A stretch of DNA of 64,000 nt, from the NCBI GenBank assembly GCA_963822915.1, contig CAWGJR010000027.1, positions 23,657-87,656 of the forward strand, written 5' to 3'. Positions 1-9,766 of the stretch are shown here, piece after piece. This stretch comes from an uncultured Actinomycetota bacterium. Its GTDB lineage: Bacteria; Actinomycetota; Actinomycetes; Propionibacteriales; Nocardioidaceae. The notes below the pieces were generated by a model. It was not told where the DNA came from, made no database searches, and saw only the letters and a list, made by a program, of their open reading frames with translations. Each line of letters begins with the position of its first letter. Position 1 is the first letter of the stretch. Both the position numbers and the translations under genes were made by a program.

Positions 1-1
1 C

Positions 2-499
2 CTCCAGACCGGGCTCCTCGTCGCCCTCGGACCGCTGATGGTCCCGATCACGGCGATCCTCGCCGCCCGACGCTTCCCCCGCACGCCCCCCGGCCACCTC
101 ATCGCCGTCGGCTCGGTGCTCTTCGCTGTCTCCGCGGTGTGGCAGACCGTCGTGATCAGCGAGACGCCGGCGTACTGGTCGACGATGTTCGGCCCGTGGA
201 TGCTCGGCGGCATCGCCGTGGGGCTCGCCCTGCCCAACCTCGTCGCCGCCGCCACCTCGGACCTACCCCCCGCGCAGGCCTCGACCGGGTCGGGCATCGT
301 CAACATGGCTCGCCAGCTGGGTCTGGCGCTCGGCGTCGCCGTGATGATCAGCATCGTCGGCGACGGCGCCCCGAGCAGCGAGCGCTACCAGGCCGTCTGG
401 CTCGTGCTCGCCGCCACCTCGGTGCTGGCCGCACTGGCGGCGATCACGATGGAGTCCGTACGTCGTCCCGCCGTGGAGACGGTCGTCGTCGCCGCGTGA
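2..499 (+). CDS. MFS transporter, C-terminal part (runs off the window start)
   Basis: Hydrophobic helices with the DHA2-type ASTGSGIVNMARQLGLALGVAV segment. Confidence 0.8.
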   Translation, partial: LQTGLLVALGPLMVPITAILAARRFPRTPPGHLIAVGSVLFAVSAVWQTVVISETPAYWSTMFGPWMLGGIAVGLALPNLVAAATSDLPPAQASTGSGIVNMARQLGLALGVAVMISIVGDGAPSSERYQAVWLVLAATSVLAALAAITMESVRRPAVETVVVAA

Positions 500-506
500 C
501 CCGTCG

Positions 507-1337
507 TCAGGTCGCAGTCCGACTCGGAGGCACGGTCGCGACCGAGAACACCGGCCAGCCGATCTCGGTGCGCCACCGCGACCGGTCGTCGGTGTCGCGC
601 GGCCCGACGAGGTAGGTCTCGCGGACCGGTCCGGCGACGCCGAGCGAGTTGGCGACGACCCAGGCGCCGACCTCGCCGTAGGTGACGTCGATGTCGTCGT
701 GGTCGCCGACGTGGGTCGCGACCGCCAGCTCCACGGCCGGCAGGACGCACCGGGTGCACCCGCCCCTTGCTCGGCGGGTCCTCGGAGGGCCGGTGGACCA
801 GGACGCGGCCGCGCCCGACCTCGAACAGCGCGTTGTCGTAGACGCCTCCCGGCGGGCCCGTCGGGCTCGGCCAGGGTCGCGTCGAGCTCGGCCATGGCGC
901 CGGCGTACCAGCCCAGGACGTCGTCGAGCTCGACCACGTCGTCGACGGCGGCCACGGTCGCCGCCGCCACGGTCCGGACCTCGACGTGGACCGGCGCGGG
1001 GTCCGGCGCCAGCAGCCGACGCAGCGACCGTACGGCGGCCCGCGTGCGGTCGAGCTCGGACTCGAGGCGGTGCAGGTGCTCGGCGACGAGCTCGGACCGC
1101 GCTCGGGGGTCGCCGGTCGTCGAGGATGCCGCGGATGGTGGCGAGCGGGACGTCGAGGTCGCGCAGCCGGTGGATGACCTGCGCCGTGGGGATCTGGTCG
1201 GCGGCGTAGTAGCGGTAGCCGGTCGACTCGTCGACGCGGGCGGGCACCAGGAGGTCCGCGTCGTGGTAGCGGCGCAGCGTGCGGACGCTCAGGTGGGTGA
1301 GGTGGGAGAACTCCCCGATGCTCAGGCCGGATCGCAC
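507..1337 (-). CDS. MerR-family regulator with GyrI-like effector domain (BmrR-like), frameshifted
   Basis: N-terminal LSIGEFSHLTHLSVRTLRRYHDADLL..GYRYY; C-terminal ATHVGDHDDIDVTYGEVGAW..RETYLVGPRD..WRTEIGWPV; split over several frames. Confidence 0.85.
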   Translation of the reverse strand: MRSGLSIGEFSHLTHLSVRTLRRYHDADLLVPARVDESTGYRYYAADQIPTAQVIHRLRDLDVPLATIRGILDDRRPPSAVRARRRAPAPPRVRARPHAGRRTVAASAAGAGPRAGPRRGPDRGGGDRGRRRRRGRARRRPGLVRRRHGRARRDPGRARRARREASTTTRCSRSGAAASWSTGPPRTRRARGGCTRCVLPAVELAVATHVGDHDDIDVTYGEVGAWVVANSLGVAGPVRETYLVGPRDTDDRSRWRTEIGWPVFSVATVPPSRTAT

Positions 1338-1343
1338 CCCCGC

Positions 1344-1409
1344 AGTCTGCACTCTCTCCCCGGGGGAGGGTCCAGCGCTTGACCCTCCGTCCGGTGGAGG
1401 CGGGAGGTT
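1344..1409. promoter_or_regulatory. Back-to-back MerR-type promoters with 19-bp spacers containing dyads
   Basis: Minus: TGGACC-N19-CAGACT (1374..1344). Plus: TTGACC-N19-GAGGTT (1379..1409). Both spacers contain CTCC..GGAG dyads and both -10 boxes lie 6 nt from a start codon. Confidence 0.75.
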
Positions 1410-1415
1410 CGTGCC

Positions 1416-1779
1416 ATGACCACCGACACCCACGCCAGAGACCACCATCGATCCCGACGCAGCTCCCGGCCACGATCCGCGCGTTCCTGCAGCCCACGCG
1501 GCTCGCGAGGCGCACGTCGCCGTGCGCCTCTTCACCCCCGACGCCGTCGTGGTCGACCAGGACGAGACATTCGTCGGGACCGACCGGGTGCTCGACTTCC
1601 TACAGAGTGCCGGGAGCGAGTTCACCTTCACGACCGAGCTGATCGCCGCGCGACGCCTCGACGGCCGTCGCTGGACGGCCGTGAACCGGATCGAGGGCGA
1701 CTTCCCCGGGGGCGTCGCCGACCTCGACTACCGGTTCACCCTGGCCGGCGACCTCATCCGCGAGCTGACCATCGGCTGA
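1416..1779 (+). CDS. SnoaL/NTF2-like protein, frameshifted near the 5' end
   Basis: LPATIRAFL..LFTPDAVVVDQDETFVG..IEGDFPGGVADLDYRFTLAGDLIRELTIG. Confidence 0.8.
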
Positions 1780-1866
1780 CGGGGCCCGTCAGGCCTGAGC
1801 GTCTCGGGTCGCCGTGTCACCTGCGCGGGTCTAGCCAGGGCCGGGCTCCGCAGGTGGACTCGTGTC

Positions 1867-2766
1867 ATGGCTATGGACCAGTACCACTTCACCGACCCTC
1901 GCACCCGCTACCCCGTCATCAGCCCACCGGTGCAGCAGCAGGACGAGCCGGGCCTGCAGAGCCGGATGGATCCCGTCCCGGACCTCGGCGAGGACACCTA
2001 CCGCGGCACCGGTCGCCTGGCCGGGCGCAAGGCGCTGATCACCGGCGCCGACTCCGGGATCGGGGCAGCGGTGGCCATCGCCTTCGCCCGGGAGGGGGCC
2101 GACCTGGTCCTGACCTACCTGCCCGAGGAGGAGGACGACGCCCGCCACGTCGTCGAGCAGGTGGAGGCCGCGGGGCGCGCGGTCACCACCGTGCCCGGCG
2201 ACCTCACCGACCCGGCGTTCTGCCGTGAGCTGGTCGCGACCGCGGTCGATGCCCTCGGCGGTCTCGACGCCCTGGTCAACGTCGCCGGCAAGCAGGTGTG
2301 GGTGGAGAAGCTCGAGGACCTCGACGACGAGCAGTTCGAGACGACCTTCCGCACCAACGTCTTCGCCGCGTTCCACCTGATCAAGGCCGCCGTGCCGCAC
2401 CTGCCGCCCGGCTCGACGATCGTCAACACCGCCTCGGCCGAGGCCTACACGCCCGCACCCGACCGCCTCGACTACGCCAGCACCAAGGGCGCGATCAACA
2501 ACCTGTCCAAGGGCCTCGCCCAACAGCTCATCGAGCGCGGCATCCGGGTCAACGTGGTCGCGCCCGGACCCACGTGGACCGTGCTGCAGGTGACCGGAGG
2601 GGTCGACCCGGAGTCCCTGCCGGAGTTCGGCGCCAGCGAGGCACCCATCGGCCGAGCCGCGCAGCCGGTCGAGCAGGCGCCGGCGTACGTCTTCCTGACC
2701 TCGGCGGAGTCGAGCTTCGTCGTCGGCGCGACCCTCAACGTCAACGGAGGGATGCCGACGCCGTGA
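1867..2766 (+). CDS. SDR oxidoreductase, general-stress YghA/YdaD-like
   Basis: YRGTGRLAGRKALITGADSGIG, YASTK catalytic motif, RVNVVAPGPTWT. Confidence 0.9.
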   Translation: MAMDQYHFTDPRTRYPVISPPVQQQDEPGLQSRMDPVPDLGEDTYRGTGRLAGRKALITGADSGIGAAVAIAFAREGADLVLTYLPEEEDDARHVVEQVEAAGRAVTTVPGDLTDPAFCRELVATAVDALGGLDALVNVAGKQVWVEKLEDLDDEQFETTFRTNVFAAFHLIKAAVPHLPPGSTIVNTASAEAYTPAPDRLDYASTKGAINNLSKGLAQQLIERGIRVNVVAPGPTWTVLQVTGGVDPESLPEFGASEAPIGRAAQPVEQAPAYVFLTSAESSFVVGATLNVNGGMPTP

Positions 2767-2945
2767 GGAGGCCATGGACCGCGCCGTGACGACGCCGTGA
2801 CGGGGCCGGGTCAGGCGCGCATGAGGGCGCCCGGATGCGGGCGGCTGCCGGCGATCGAGGAGTCCGTCACCCCCAGAGGCGACGCGAGGCTCCACCGTCG
2901 TGCCTCAGGCTCGGGCAGGACAGTCGACGAGAGACGGGATCGCCC

Positions 2946-4493
2946 ATGCGCAGGTCGCTCTGGCAGGAACGGCACAGCATCGTCACGGCGCCCGCCGGGC
3001 GCCGCGCGGCACCGACGACGACCGGTGACGTCGAGGGACGGTGGGACGTCGTCGTGGTCGGCGCCGGCATCACCGGACTCACCACCGCCGTGCTGCTCGG
3101 CCGCGCCGGCCTGTCGGTGCTCGTGGTCGAGGCACGCACCGTCGGGTGCGGCACCACGGGCGGCAGCACGGCGAAGCTGTCGTTGCTCCAGGGCACCCAG
3201 CTGTCCACGATCGCGCGACACCACCCGGCCTCGGTCCTGCGTGACTACGTCGCGGCCAACCGGGACGCACAGGCCTGGCTCACCGCCTTCTGCTCCGACC
3301 ACGAGGTGGAGGTGCAGCGGCGCACCGCCTACACCTACGCGACCACCGCGTCCGGCGAGCACGCGGCTCGGCGCGAGCTCGAGCACGCCCGCAGCGCCGG
3401 GCTCGAGGCGTCGTGGGTGGACGACGTCCCGCTCCCGTTCGCGACGCGTGGCGCGCTCGCGCTGCCGGACCAGTGCCAGCTGGACCCGGTCGAGCTGCTC
3501 CTCGCGCTGCGTGACGAGCTCCTCGGCCTGGGCGGCCGGCTCGTCGAGGGTGCTCGCGTGACCCGCGTGCGTGGCCGCTCGCCGATCACGGTCGTCACCG
3601 AGCGCGGGACCGCGACGGCAGGCACCGTCGTGGTCGCCACCAACACCCCCGTGCTCGACCGGGGTGGATTCTTCGCCCGGTTGACCGCCGCCCGCTCCTA
3701 CAGCCTGGCCTTCCGCACGACACCCGCGACGCCCAGCTCGCTGGGCATGTTCCTGTCCACCGACCAGCCGTCGCGCTCGTTGCGCGACGCCACCGGGGCT
3801 GCCGGCGAGCAGCTGCTGCTGGTCGGCGGCAACGGCCACGTCACCGGTCGCGCGCGCTCGCCCCTGGAGCGCCTCGACGAGATCCGGAGCTGGACGCACG
3901 ACTACTTCGGTCCGCTCGACGAGGTCGCCGCCTGGTCGGCGCAGGACTACCAGCCCCACCACGGCCTGCCCTATGCCGGCCCGCTGCTGCCGGGGCGTCG
4001 TGACCTGCTCGTCGGCGGGGGCTACTCGAAGTGGGGCATGACCAACGGGGTGGCGGCCGCTCACGTGCTCGCGGCGAGCGTCACCGACGCGACGACGCCC
4101 CACGCGGCGACGTTCGCCACGTGGTCACCGCGCGAGCTCACCGGGCTGCCGGCTGCTGGAAAGGCCAACGCCGAGGTCGGCCTGGCCCTCACCACCGGGT
4201 GGCTGCGGCCGATCGGCCACCTGGGCCGGCGCCGTCCGCCGGCGGAGGGTGCCGGCGAGGTCGCCGTCGACCGGGCCGCGACCCCCACGGCGGCGTCCAC
4301 GGTCGACGGGGTGGCGCGTCGCGTCTCCGCCGTGTGCACCCACCTCGGTGGGATCGTGGCCTGGAACGACGCCGAGCGCAGCTGGGACTGCCCGCTGCAC
4401 GGCTCCCGCTTCGATGCCGACGGCAGCGTCCTGGAGGGCGTCGCCACGTGCGGCCTCGCGCCGCGCAGGAGCCGCGGGTCGCCCGATGGGTGA
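2946..4493 (+). CDS. FAD-dependent oxidoreductase with C-terminal Rieske domain (YhfW-like)
   Basis: DVVVVGAGITG dinucleotide-binding motif; Rieske motif CTHLGG..WDCPLHGSRF. Confidence 0.9.
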   Translation: MRRSLWQERHSIVTAPAGRRAAPTTTGDVEGRWDVVVVGAGITGLTTAVLLGRAGLSVLVVEARTVGCGTTGGSTAKLSLLQGTQLSTIARHHPASVLRDYVAANRDAQAWLTAFCSDHEVEVQRRTAYTYATTASGEHAARRELEHARSAGLEASWVDDVPLPFATRGALALPDQCQLDPVELLLALRDELLGLGGRLVEGARVTRVRGRSPITVVTERGTATAGTVVVATNTPVLDRGGFFARLTAARSYSLAFRTTPATPSSLGMFLSTDQPSRSLRDATGAAGEQLLLVGGNGHVTGRARSPLERLDEIRSWTHDYFGPLDEVAAWSAQDYQPHHGLPYAGPLLPGRRDLLVGGGYSKWGMTNGVAAAHVLAASVTDATTPHAATFATWSPRELTGLPAAGKANAEVGLALTTGWLRPIGHLGRRRPPAEGAGEVAVDRAATPTAASTVDGVARRVSAVCTHLGGIVAWNDAERSWDCPLHGSRFDADGSVLEGVATCGLAPRRSRGSPDG

Positions 4494-5160
4494 GGCGCGC
4501 CTCATCGCGAGCCACGTGCCCTCCGAGCCGCGCGGCGTCGTCCTCGTGCTGCACGGCGGTGGGTCGCGCCGTGGCTCGATGATGGTGAGCCCGGCCCAGC
4601 TCTCGGTGCTCAGGATGGTGCCGGTCGCGTGGCGGGTCGCCCGCGAGGCACGGCGTCACCTCGCGGTCTACCGGCTGCTCAACTCCCACCGCGGGTGGGA
4701 CACCGCGCACACCCCCGTCACCGATGTCCGCTGGGCCCTCGACGAGCTGCGGACCGACCTTCCGGTCGGGCTGGTCGGTCACTCGCTCGGCGGACGCGCC
4801 GCGCTGCTCGCCGGCGGCCTGGACGCCGTGCGGAGCGTGGTCGCCCTCAACCCCTACGTCCTGGCACAGGACCGACCCGATCTCCGTCGCGCCCGCACCC
4901 TGGTCGTGCACGGCGACCAGGACCGGATCGCGAGCCCCGCGCGGTCGGCGGCGCTCGTCGACCGGCTGCCCGCGGCCGCGCCGGCGACGTTCGTGACGGT
5001 GCCGGAGGCGCGCCACGCCATGCTGCGCCGCGGCCGGACCTTCGAGGCTCTGGCCGCCCGGTTCACCGCAGCCGTGCTCCTCGGGCGCGATCCGTCGGAG
5101 CTGGCCGACCCGACCGTGCGCTCCGCCCTGGCTGGGGCACGCCGGGTCACGGTGCCCTGA
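4486..5160 (+). CDS. Alpha/beta hydrolase
   Basis: VLHGG, GHSLGG nucleophile elbow, HGDQD, ARHAM. Confidence 0.85.
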   Translation: MGEARLIASHVPSEPRGVVLVLHGGGSRRGSMMVSPAQLSVLRMVPVAWRVAREARRHLAVYRLLNSHRGWDTAHTPVTDVRWALDELRTDLPVGLVGHSLGGRAALLAGGLDAVRSVVALNPYVLAQDRPDLRRARTLVVHGDQDRIASPARSAALVDRLPAAAPATFVTVPEARHAMLRRGRTFEALAARFTAAVLLGRDPSELADPTVRSALAGARRVTVP

Positions 5161-5171
5161 CGCTCGGGCGC

Positions 5172-5231
5172 CCACCCCCTAGGGGTGGTCCAACTCGGGG
5201 TGGGCCGACCCGGGGTCTTGGCTCGTAGCGT
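5172..5231 (+). promoter_or_regulatory. Near-palindromic operator and TAGCGT -10 box upstream of a small membrane-protein gene
   Basis: CCACCCCCTAGGGGTGG at 5172..5188; TAGCGT at 5226..5231, 7 nt before ATG 5239. Confidence 0.45.
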
Positions 5232-5238
5232 CGTGGTC

Positions 5239-5388
5239 ATGAGCAGATACATGATCGCCGGGGCCGTCCTCGTGCTCCTCGTCGTGGTGGGAGGCATCTT
5301 CCTCCTCATCGGTGCCACCCAGACCGACGGCGACACCGACGGGACCCTGGGCAGCACCGCGAGCAGCACCGTCGTCCTGCGGACCTGA
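5239..5388 (+). CDS. Small single-pass membrane or secreted protein (49 aa)
   Basis: MSRYMIAGAVLVLLVVVGGIFLLIGATQTDGD..; one TM helix, GC3-biased codons. Confidence 0.6.
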   Translation: MSRYMIAGAVLVLLVVVGGIFLLIGATQTDGDTDGTLGSTASSTVVLRT

Positions 5389-5481
5389 TCCGCAGCACCG
5401 GGGGCGTCGGCCCCGTCACCACCGGTGACGGGGCCGTCGTGCCTCACCCGGCGATCGTCGGACCGCTGCGGGCCGGTGCGA

Positions 5482-7794
5482 TCACCGCTCCCAGACCCGG
5501 TGGGCACCCAGCAGAGCGTGGACGCCGTCGACGACCGCGCCTGCTTCGCTCGCCGTGTCGGCGGTGACGATCCCGGGACCGTCCGTCGGGATGTCAGCGG
5601 CGAGGAGCGCCGCCACACCGTCGCCCCACGCTCCGATGGCCTTGCCGTGGCGCCAGCACTCGTCGAGGATCAGCGCGACGCGAGGGTCGAGCGGACTCGC
5701 GCCCGTGCCGGCCTTGGCGTCACGACGAGGTCGGGCGTCCGGTCCCGGCGCGGGACAGCCGGCCAGGAGCACGGCGTCGTACTCCACGGATCGTGTCGCG
5801 GCGAACGAGCGGTGCACGCTCGTCGCCGCGCCGTCGCCGAGCTCGAGCGTGCCGCCGTGCGCGGCCACCACGAAGCCCACCATGTCGGCGGCCCGCACGG
5901 CCTCCAGGGCGGAGGCGACGCCTTCGAGGTCGCCGTCCGCGTCGACGACGATGCCCACGATCCGACCGGCGGCCGGCCAGGTGCCACCGACCTGGGAGAG
6001 CGCGGGACTCGGCTGCGCCGGCTCCACCGGTGGTGTCGCCGCCTGCGGGGCCTTCAGGCCGAGCCCGGTCGCCACCTGCGCGCACAGGTCGGCGTCGATG
6101 GCCGCGAGCGCCTGCAGCTGGCGCACCTTGATGTTCTCCTCGAACACCTTCGACAGCTCGAAGGTGTAGGCCGCCACGATGTGCTCCTGCTCGACCGGGG
6201 TCATCGACAGCCAGAAGAGCCGGGCCTGGCTGTAGTGGTCGTCGAAGGACGCGGAGTGGGCCCGCACCTTGGTCGACTCCGCGACCCGGACGGGCAGGTC
6301 GACGAACGCAGCGTCCTTCGCTCCGCCGGCCAGGAACGGGCAGCCGGCGTCGAGGGAGTTGGGGTGGTAGGGGGCGACGCCACCGTGCACCGCGCTCTGG
6401 TGGAACCCGTCGCGCAGCATGTCGTTGACCTCGGCGTGCGGACGGTTGATGGGCAGCTGGTTCCAGTTGGGGCCTCCCAGCCGGGTCAGCTGGGTGTCGA
6501 CGTAGGAGAACAGGCGAGCCTGGAGGAGCGGGTCGTTGGTGACGTCGATGCCGGGCGGCAGGTTGGCGACGCTGTAGGCGACCTGCTCGGTCTCGGCGAA
6601 GTAGTTGGTCGGGTTGTGGGTGAGGGTGAGCAACCCGATCGGCTGCACCGGGACGAGCTCCTCGGGCACGAGCTTGGTCGGGTCGAGGAGGTCGATCCCC
6701 TCGAAGGTCTCGTCGGGCGTGTCCGGCATGACCTGCACGCCGAGCTCCCACTGCGGGTGCGCACCGGCCTCGATGGCGTCGGCGAGGTCGCGGCGGTGGA
6801 AGTCGGGGTCGTTGCCGGCGATCAGCTGCGCCTCCTCCCAGACGAGGCTGTGCACGCCGAGCTTCGGCTTCCAGTGGAACTTCACCAGCGTGGTCTCGCC
6901 GTCGGCGTTGACGCACCGGAACGTGTGCACCCCGAACCCCTCCATGGTGCGGTAGGACCGAGGGATCCCGCGGTCCGACATGTTCCAGATGGTGTGGTGC
7001 TGGGCCTCGGTGTGGAGCGAGACGAAGTCCCAGAACGTGTCATGGGCGGACTGCGCCTGCGGGATCTCGCGGTCGGGGTGCGGCTTGCCGGCGTGGATGA
7101 CGTCAGGGAACTTGATGCCGTCCTGGATGAAGAAGACCGGGATGTTGTTGCCGACGAGGTCCCACGTGCCCTCCGAGGTGTAGAACTTCGTCGCGAACCC
7201 TCGGGTGTCGCGGACGGTGTCGGCCGAACCGCGGGAGCCGAGCACCGTCGAGAACCGGACGAACACCTCGGTCTCGACGCCCTTGCCGAACAGGGCTGCT
7301 CGCGTGATCGGCTTGGCGTTGCCGTAGCCGACGAACACACCGTGCGCCCCGGCGCCGCGTGCGTGCACGACCCGCTCGGGGATCCGCTCGTGGTCGAAGT
7401 GGGAGACCTTCTCCCGCAGGTGGTGGTCCTGCAGCAGGGTCGGTCCCCGCTCTCCCGCCTTCAACGAGTGGTCGGTCTCCCGCAGCCGCACGCCGTGGGC
7501 GGTGGTGAGGAAGGATCCCTGCTGCGCGACGTCGGTCGCGGCCACGTCGGTGGGCGCGCCGGTCGCCGTACGACGTGCCGGTCCGGCCTGGTCGGGCTTC
7601 GGAGGCAGGGGGCCGCGGGGCTTGGTCGGCTCCTTGAGGCTCGGCGGCTCGACTCCCGGCGCGCCGGGCGTCTCGGGTGGCTCGCCGGTCAGACGGGCAC
7701 GAGCCAGGTCTGCGGCCTGCTCGACCGACTTGCGCACCGCTTTGCGGACAGTGCGGACGACGTCGGCCGGGGTGGATGAGGACGAGTCAGGCAT
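5482..7794 (-). CDS. katE: Large-subunit catalase HPII
   Basis: HFDHERIPERVVHARG, RDTRGFATKFYT, DPLLQARLFSYVDTQL, C-terminal DJ-1-like domain. Confidence 0.97.
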   Translation of the reverse strand: MPDSSSSTPADVVRTVRKAVRKSVEQAADLARARLTGEPPETPGAPGVEPPSLKEPTKPRGPLPPKPDQAGPARRTATGAPTDVAATDVAQQGSFLTTAHGVRLRETDHSLKAGERGPTLLQDHHLREKVSHFDHERIPERVVHARGAGAHGVFVGYGNAKPITRAALFGKGVETEVFVRFSTVLGSRGSADTVRDTRGFATKFYTSEGTWDLVGNNIPVFFIQDGIKFPDVIHAGKPHPDREIPQAQSAHDTFWDFVSLHTEAQHHTIWNMSDRGIPRSYRTMEGFGVHTFRCVNADGETTLVKFHWKPKLGVHSLVWEEAQLIAGNDPDFHRRDLADAIEAGAHPQWELGVQVMPDTPDETFEGIDLLDPTKLVPEELVPVQPIGLLTLTHNPTNYFAETEQVAYSVANLPPGIDVTNDPLLQARLFSYVDTQLTRLGGPNWNQLPINRPHAEVNDMLRDGFHQSAVHGGVAPYHPNSLDAGCPFLAGGAKDAAFVDLPVRVAESTKVRAHSASFDDHYSQARLFWLSMTPVEQEHIVAAYTFELSKVFEENIKVRQLQALAAIDADLCAQVATGLGLKAPQAATPPVEPAQPSPALSQVGGTWPAAGRIVGIVVDADGDLEGVASALEAVRAADMVGFVVAAHGGTLELGDGAATSVHRSFAATRSVEYDAVLLAGCPAPGPDARPRRDAKAGTGASPLDPRVALILDECWRHGKAIGAWGDGVAALLAADIPTDGPGIVTADTASEAGAVVDGVHALLGAHRVWER

Positions 7795-8059
7795 GAGGAC
7801 TCCGAGGTGTCTGGGGGTGATGGGTCGACCCGGGCGAGGGTGGCGACGTCCGGGAAGATCTCCTCACCGTGTCAGGCGCCTGATCGCCCGACCATCACCC
7901 GCGAAGGTGTCTGGTGCACGCGACTCCTCCCGGAGGGGTGAGGGCCAGACGACGCGGCTCGCCACCGGGCGAGACGAGGGAGGTGGCCGGTCACCCCTTG
8001 GGGGAACCTAGAGTCGGGAGTCGATCACCGAACCTCACCGAGAGCCAGGAGACCAGATC

Positions 8060-8872
8060 ATGAAGCTCGACATCACCGACCGCACGGCGGTCATCTCAGG
8101 CGCCGCGGGCGAGATCGCCTACGAGACCGCCAAGATCCTGCTCGACGAGGGGTGCCGGCTCATCCTGACCGACATCGACGAGGAAGAGCTCGCCGAGGCG
8201 GTCTCGCGACTCGACGGCGGCGACCGCGTGCGCTCCGTGGTGGCCGACCTGTCCAGCGCCGAGGGCGCGGCGAAGGTCGAGACGGACGGCGTGCGCGGCG
8301 ACGCCGACTGGCAGCCCGGCATCATGCTGCACGCCGCCGGCGTCACGGGCGCCAAGGGCGACCCGCTCGACGACATCACCGAGGACGACTGGCACGAGGC
8401 GTGGAACCTCGACTTCATGACCGGCGTCCGGATGGCCAAGACCTTCATCCCGGCCATGCGCAAGGCGGGGTGGGGACGCGTGGTCTTCGTCATCTCCGAG
8501 AACGTTGCGCAGCCCTACCCGGAGGAGGCCGTCTACAACTCCTCCAAGGCCGCGACCCTGACCTTCGCGAAGTCGATGAGCCAGGTCTACGCCCAGGACG
8601 GCGTCCTGGTGAACTGCGTGGCCCCGGCCTTCATCCACACCGACATGACCGACGGCATGATGGAGAAGCGGGCCGAGGAGCGCGGCACCGACAAGGACGA
8701 GGCGATCGAGAGCTTCCTCGAGGAGGAGCGTCCGCACCTCGCGCTCAAGCGGCGCGGTCGTCCCGAGGAGGTCGCCTTCATCACCGCCTGCCTGCTGTCG
8801 GACCGCGCGTCGTTCGTGAACGGCGCGAACTTCCGCATCGACGGTGGCGCGGTCCAGACGATCAACGTCTGA
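8060..8872 (+). CDS. SDR oxidoreductase
   Basis: ISGAAGEIA, YNSSK, VLVNCVAPAFI, SFVNGANFRIDGG. Confidence 0.9.
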   Translation: MKLDITDRTAVISGAAGEIAYETAKILLDEGCRLILTDIDEEELAEAVSRLDGGDRVRSVVADLSSAEGAAKVETDGVRGDADWQPGIMLHAAGVTGAKGDPLDDITEDDWHEAWNLDFMTGVRMAKTFIPAMRKAGWGRVVFVISENVAQPYPEEAVYNSSKAATLTFAKSMSQVYAQDGVLVNCVAPAFIHTDMTDGMMEKRAEERGTDKDEAIESFLEEERPHLALKRRGRPEEVAFITACLLSDRASFVNGANFRIDGGAVQTINV

Positions 8873-8873
8873 G

Positions 8874-9744
8874 GTGGCCCAGCCTCCTGCCGGGCCGTTC
8901 GCGGGTCCGGTCGACCGGGCCGGCGTCGTCGCCCGCATCGAGAGCCATCCGATCGAGGGCGAACCGGAGGAGATGCGCGACGCTTTCGCTCGGCTCACGT
9001 CGGGGGACGACGCCGCAGACGTGCCGCGCGAACCGGTGGGCTTCGCGGGCGGGGGCGGCACGGTCGTCTACCTGCACGGTGGCGGCTACGTCTTCGGGTC
9101 GCCGCAGACCCATCGGCGCATCGGGCAGGCTCTTGCCGAGCTGACCGGCTTGGCCGTCACCCTGCCCGCCTACCCGCTCGCGCCCGAGCACCCGTGGCCG
9201 GCCCAGCTGGACGCCGCTCTGGCCGCGGTCGCCGACGCGTCGGGGCCGGTGGTCCTCGCCGGCGACTCGGCCGGAGCCCACCTCGCCCTGGTGACCGCCC
9301 TCGAGGCGCGGCGGGTCGGTCTCGACGTGGTCGGGCTCGTCCTGTTCTCCCCCAACACCGACCGGACGCGGCCTCTCGACCACCCGGCGACGCAACGAGC
9401 CGACCGACCCGATGGTCGACGACGAGGGAGACCGGGAGCTGGCGCGCCAGTGCTTCGGCGACCTGCCGGACGATGATCCTCAGGTGTCCCCGCTCCTCGG
9501 AGAGCTGGGGTTGCTCCCGCCGCTCCACATCGAGGTGGGCGACGGAGAGGTGCTGCTCGACGACAGCCTGCTGCTGGCCGCCGCGGCGCGGGACGCCGGC
9601 GTACCGACGACCGTGCACGTCGAGCCGGACGGGCTGCACATGATGCAGCTCTGGACGCCGTGGTGGAAGGCGGCGACGGACTCGCTGGAGCGGGCAGCTG
9701 CCTTCGCGCTCGAGGTCGCGGCACCAGCCGGACCCGTGGGGTGA
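8874..9744 (+). CDS. HSL-family esterase/lipase, frameshifted near 9370-9410
   Basis: YLHGGGY, YPLAPEHPWPA, GDSAG; C-terminal VSPLLG..LHM in another frame. Confidence 0.85.
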
Positions 9745-9766
9745 CCTGCGACCGCCCTGGGGGGGG

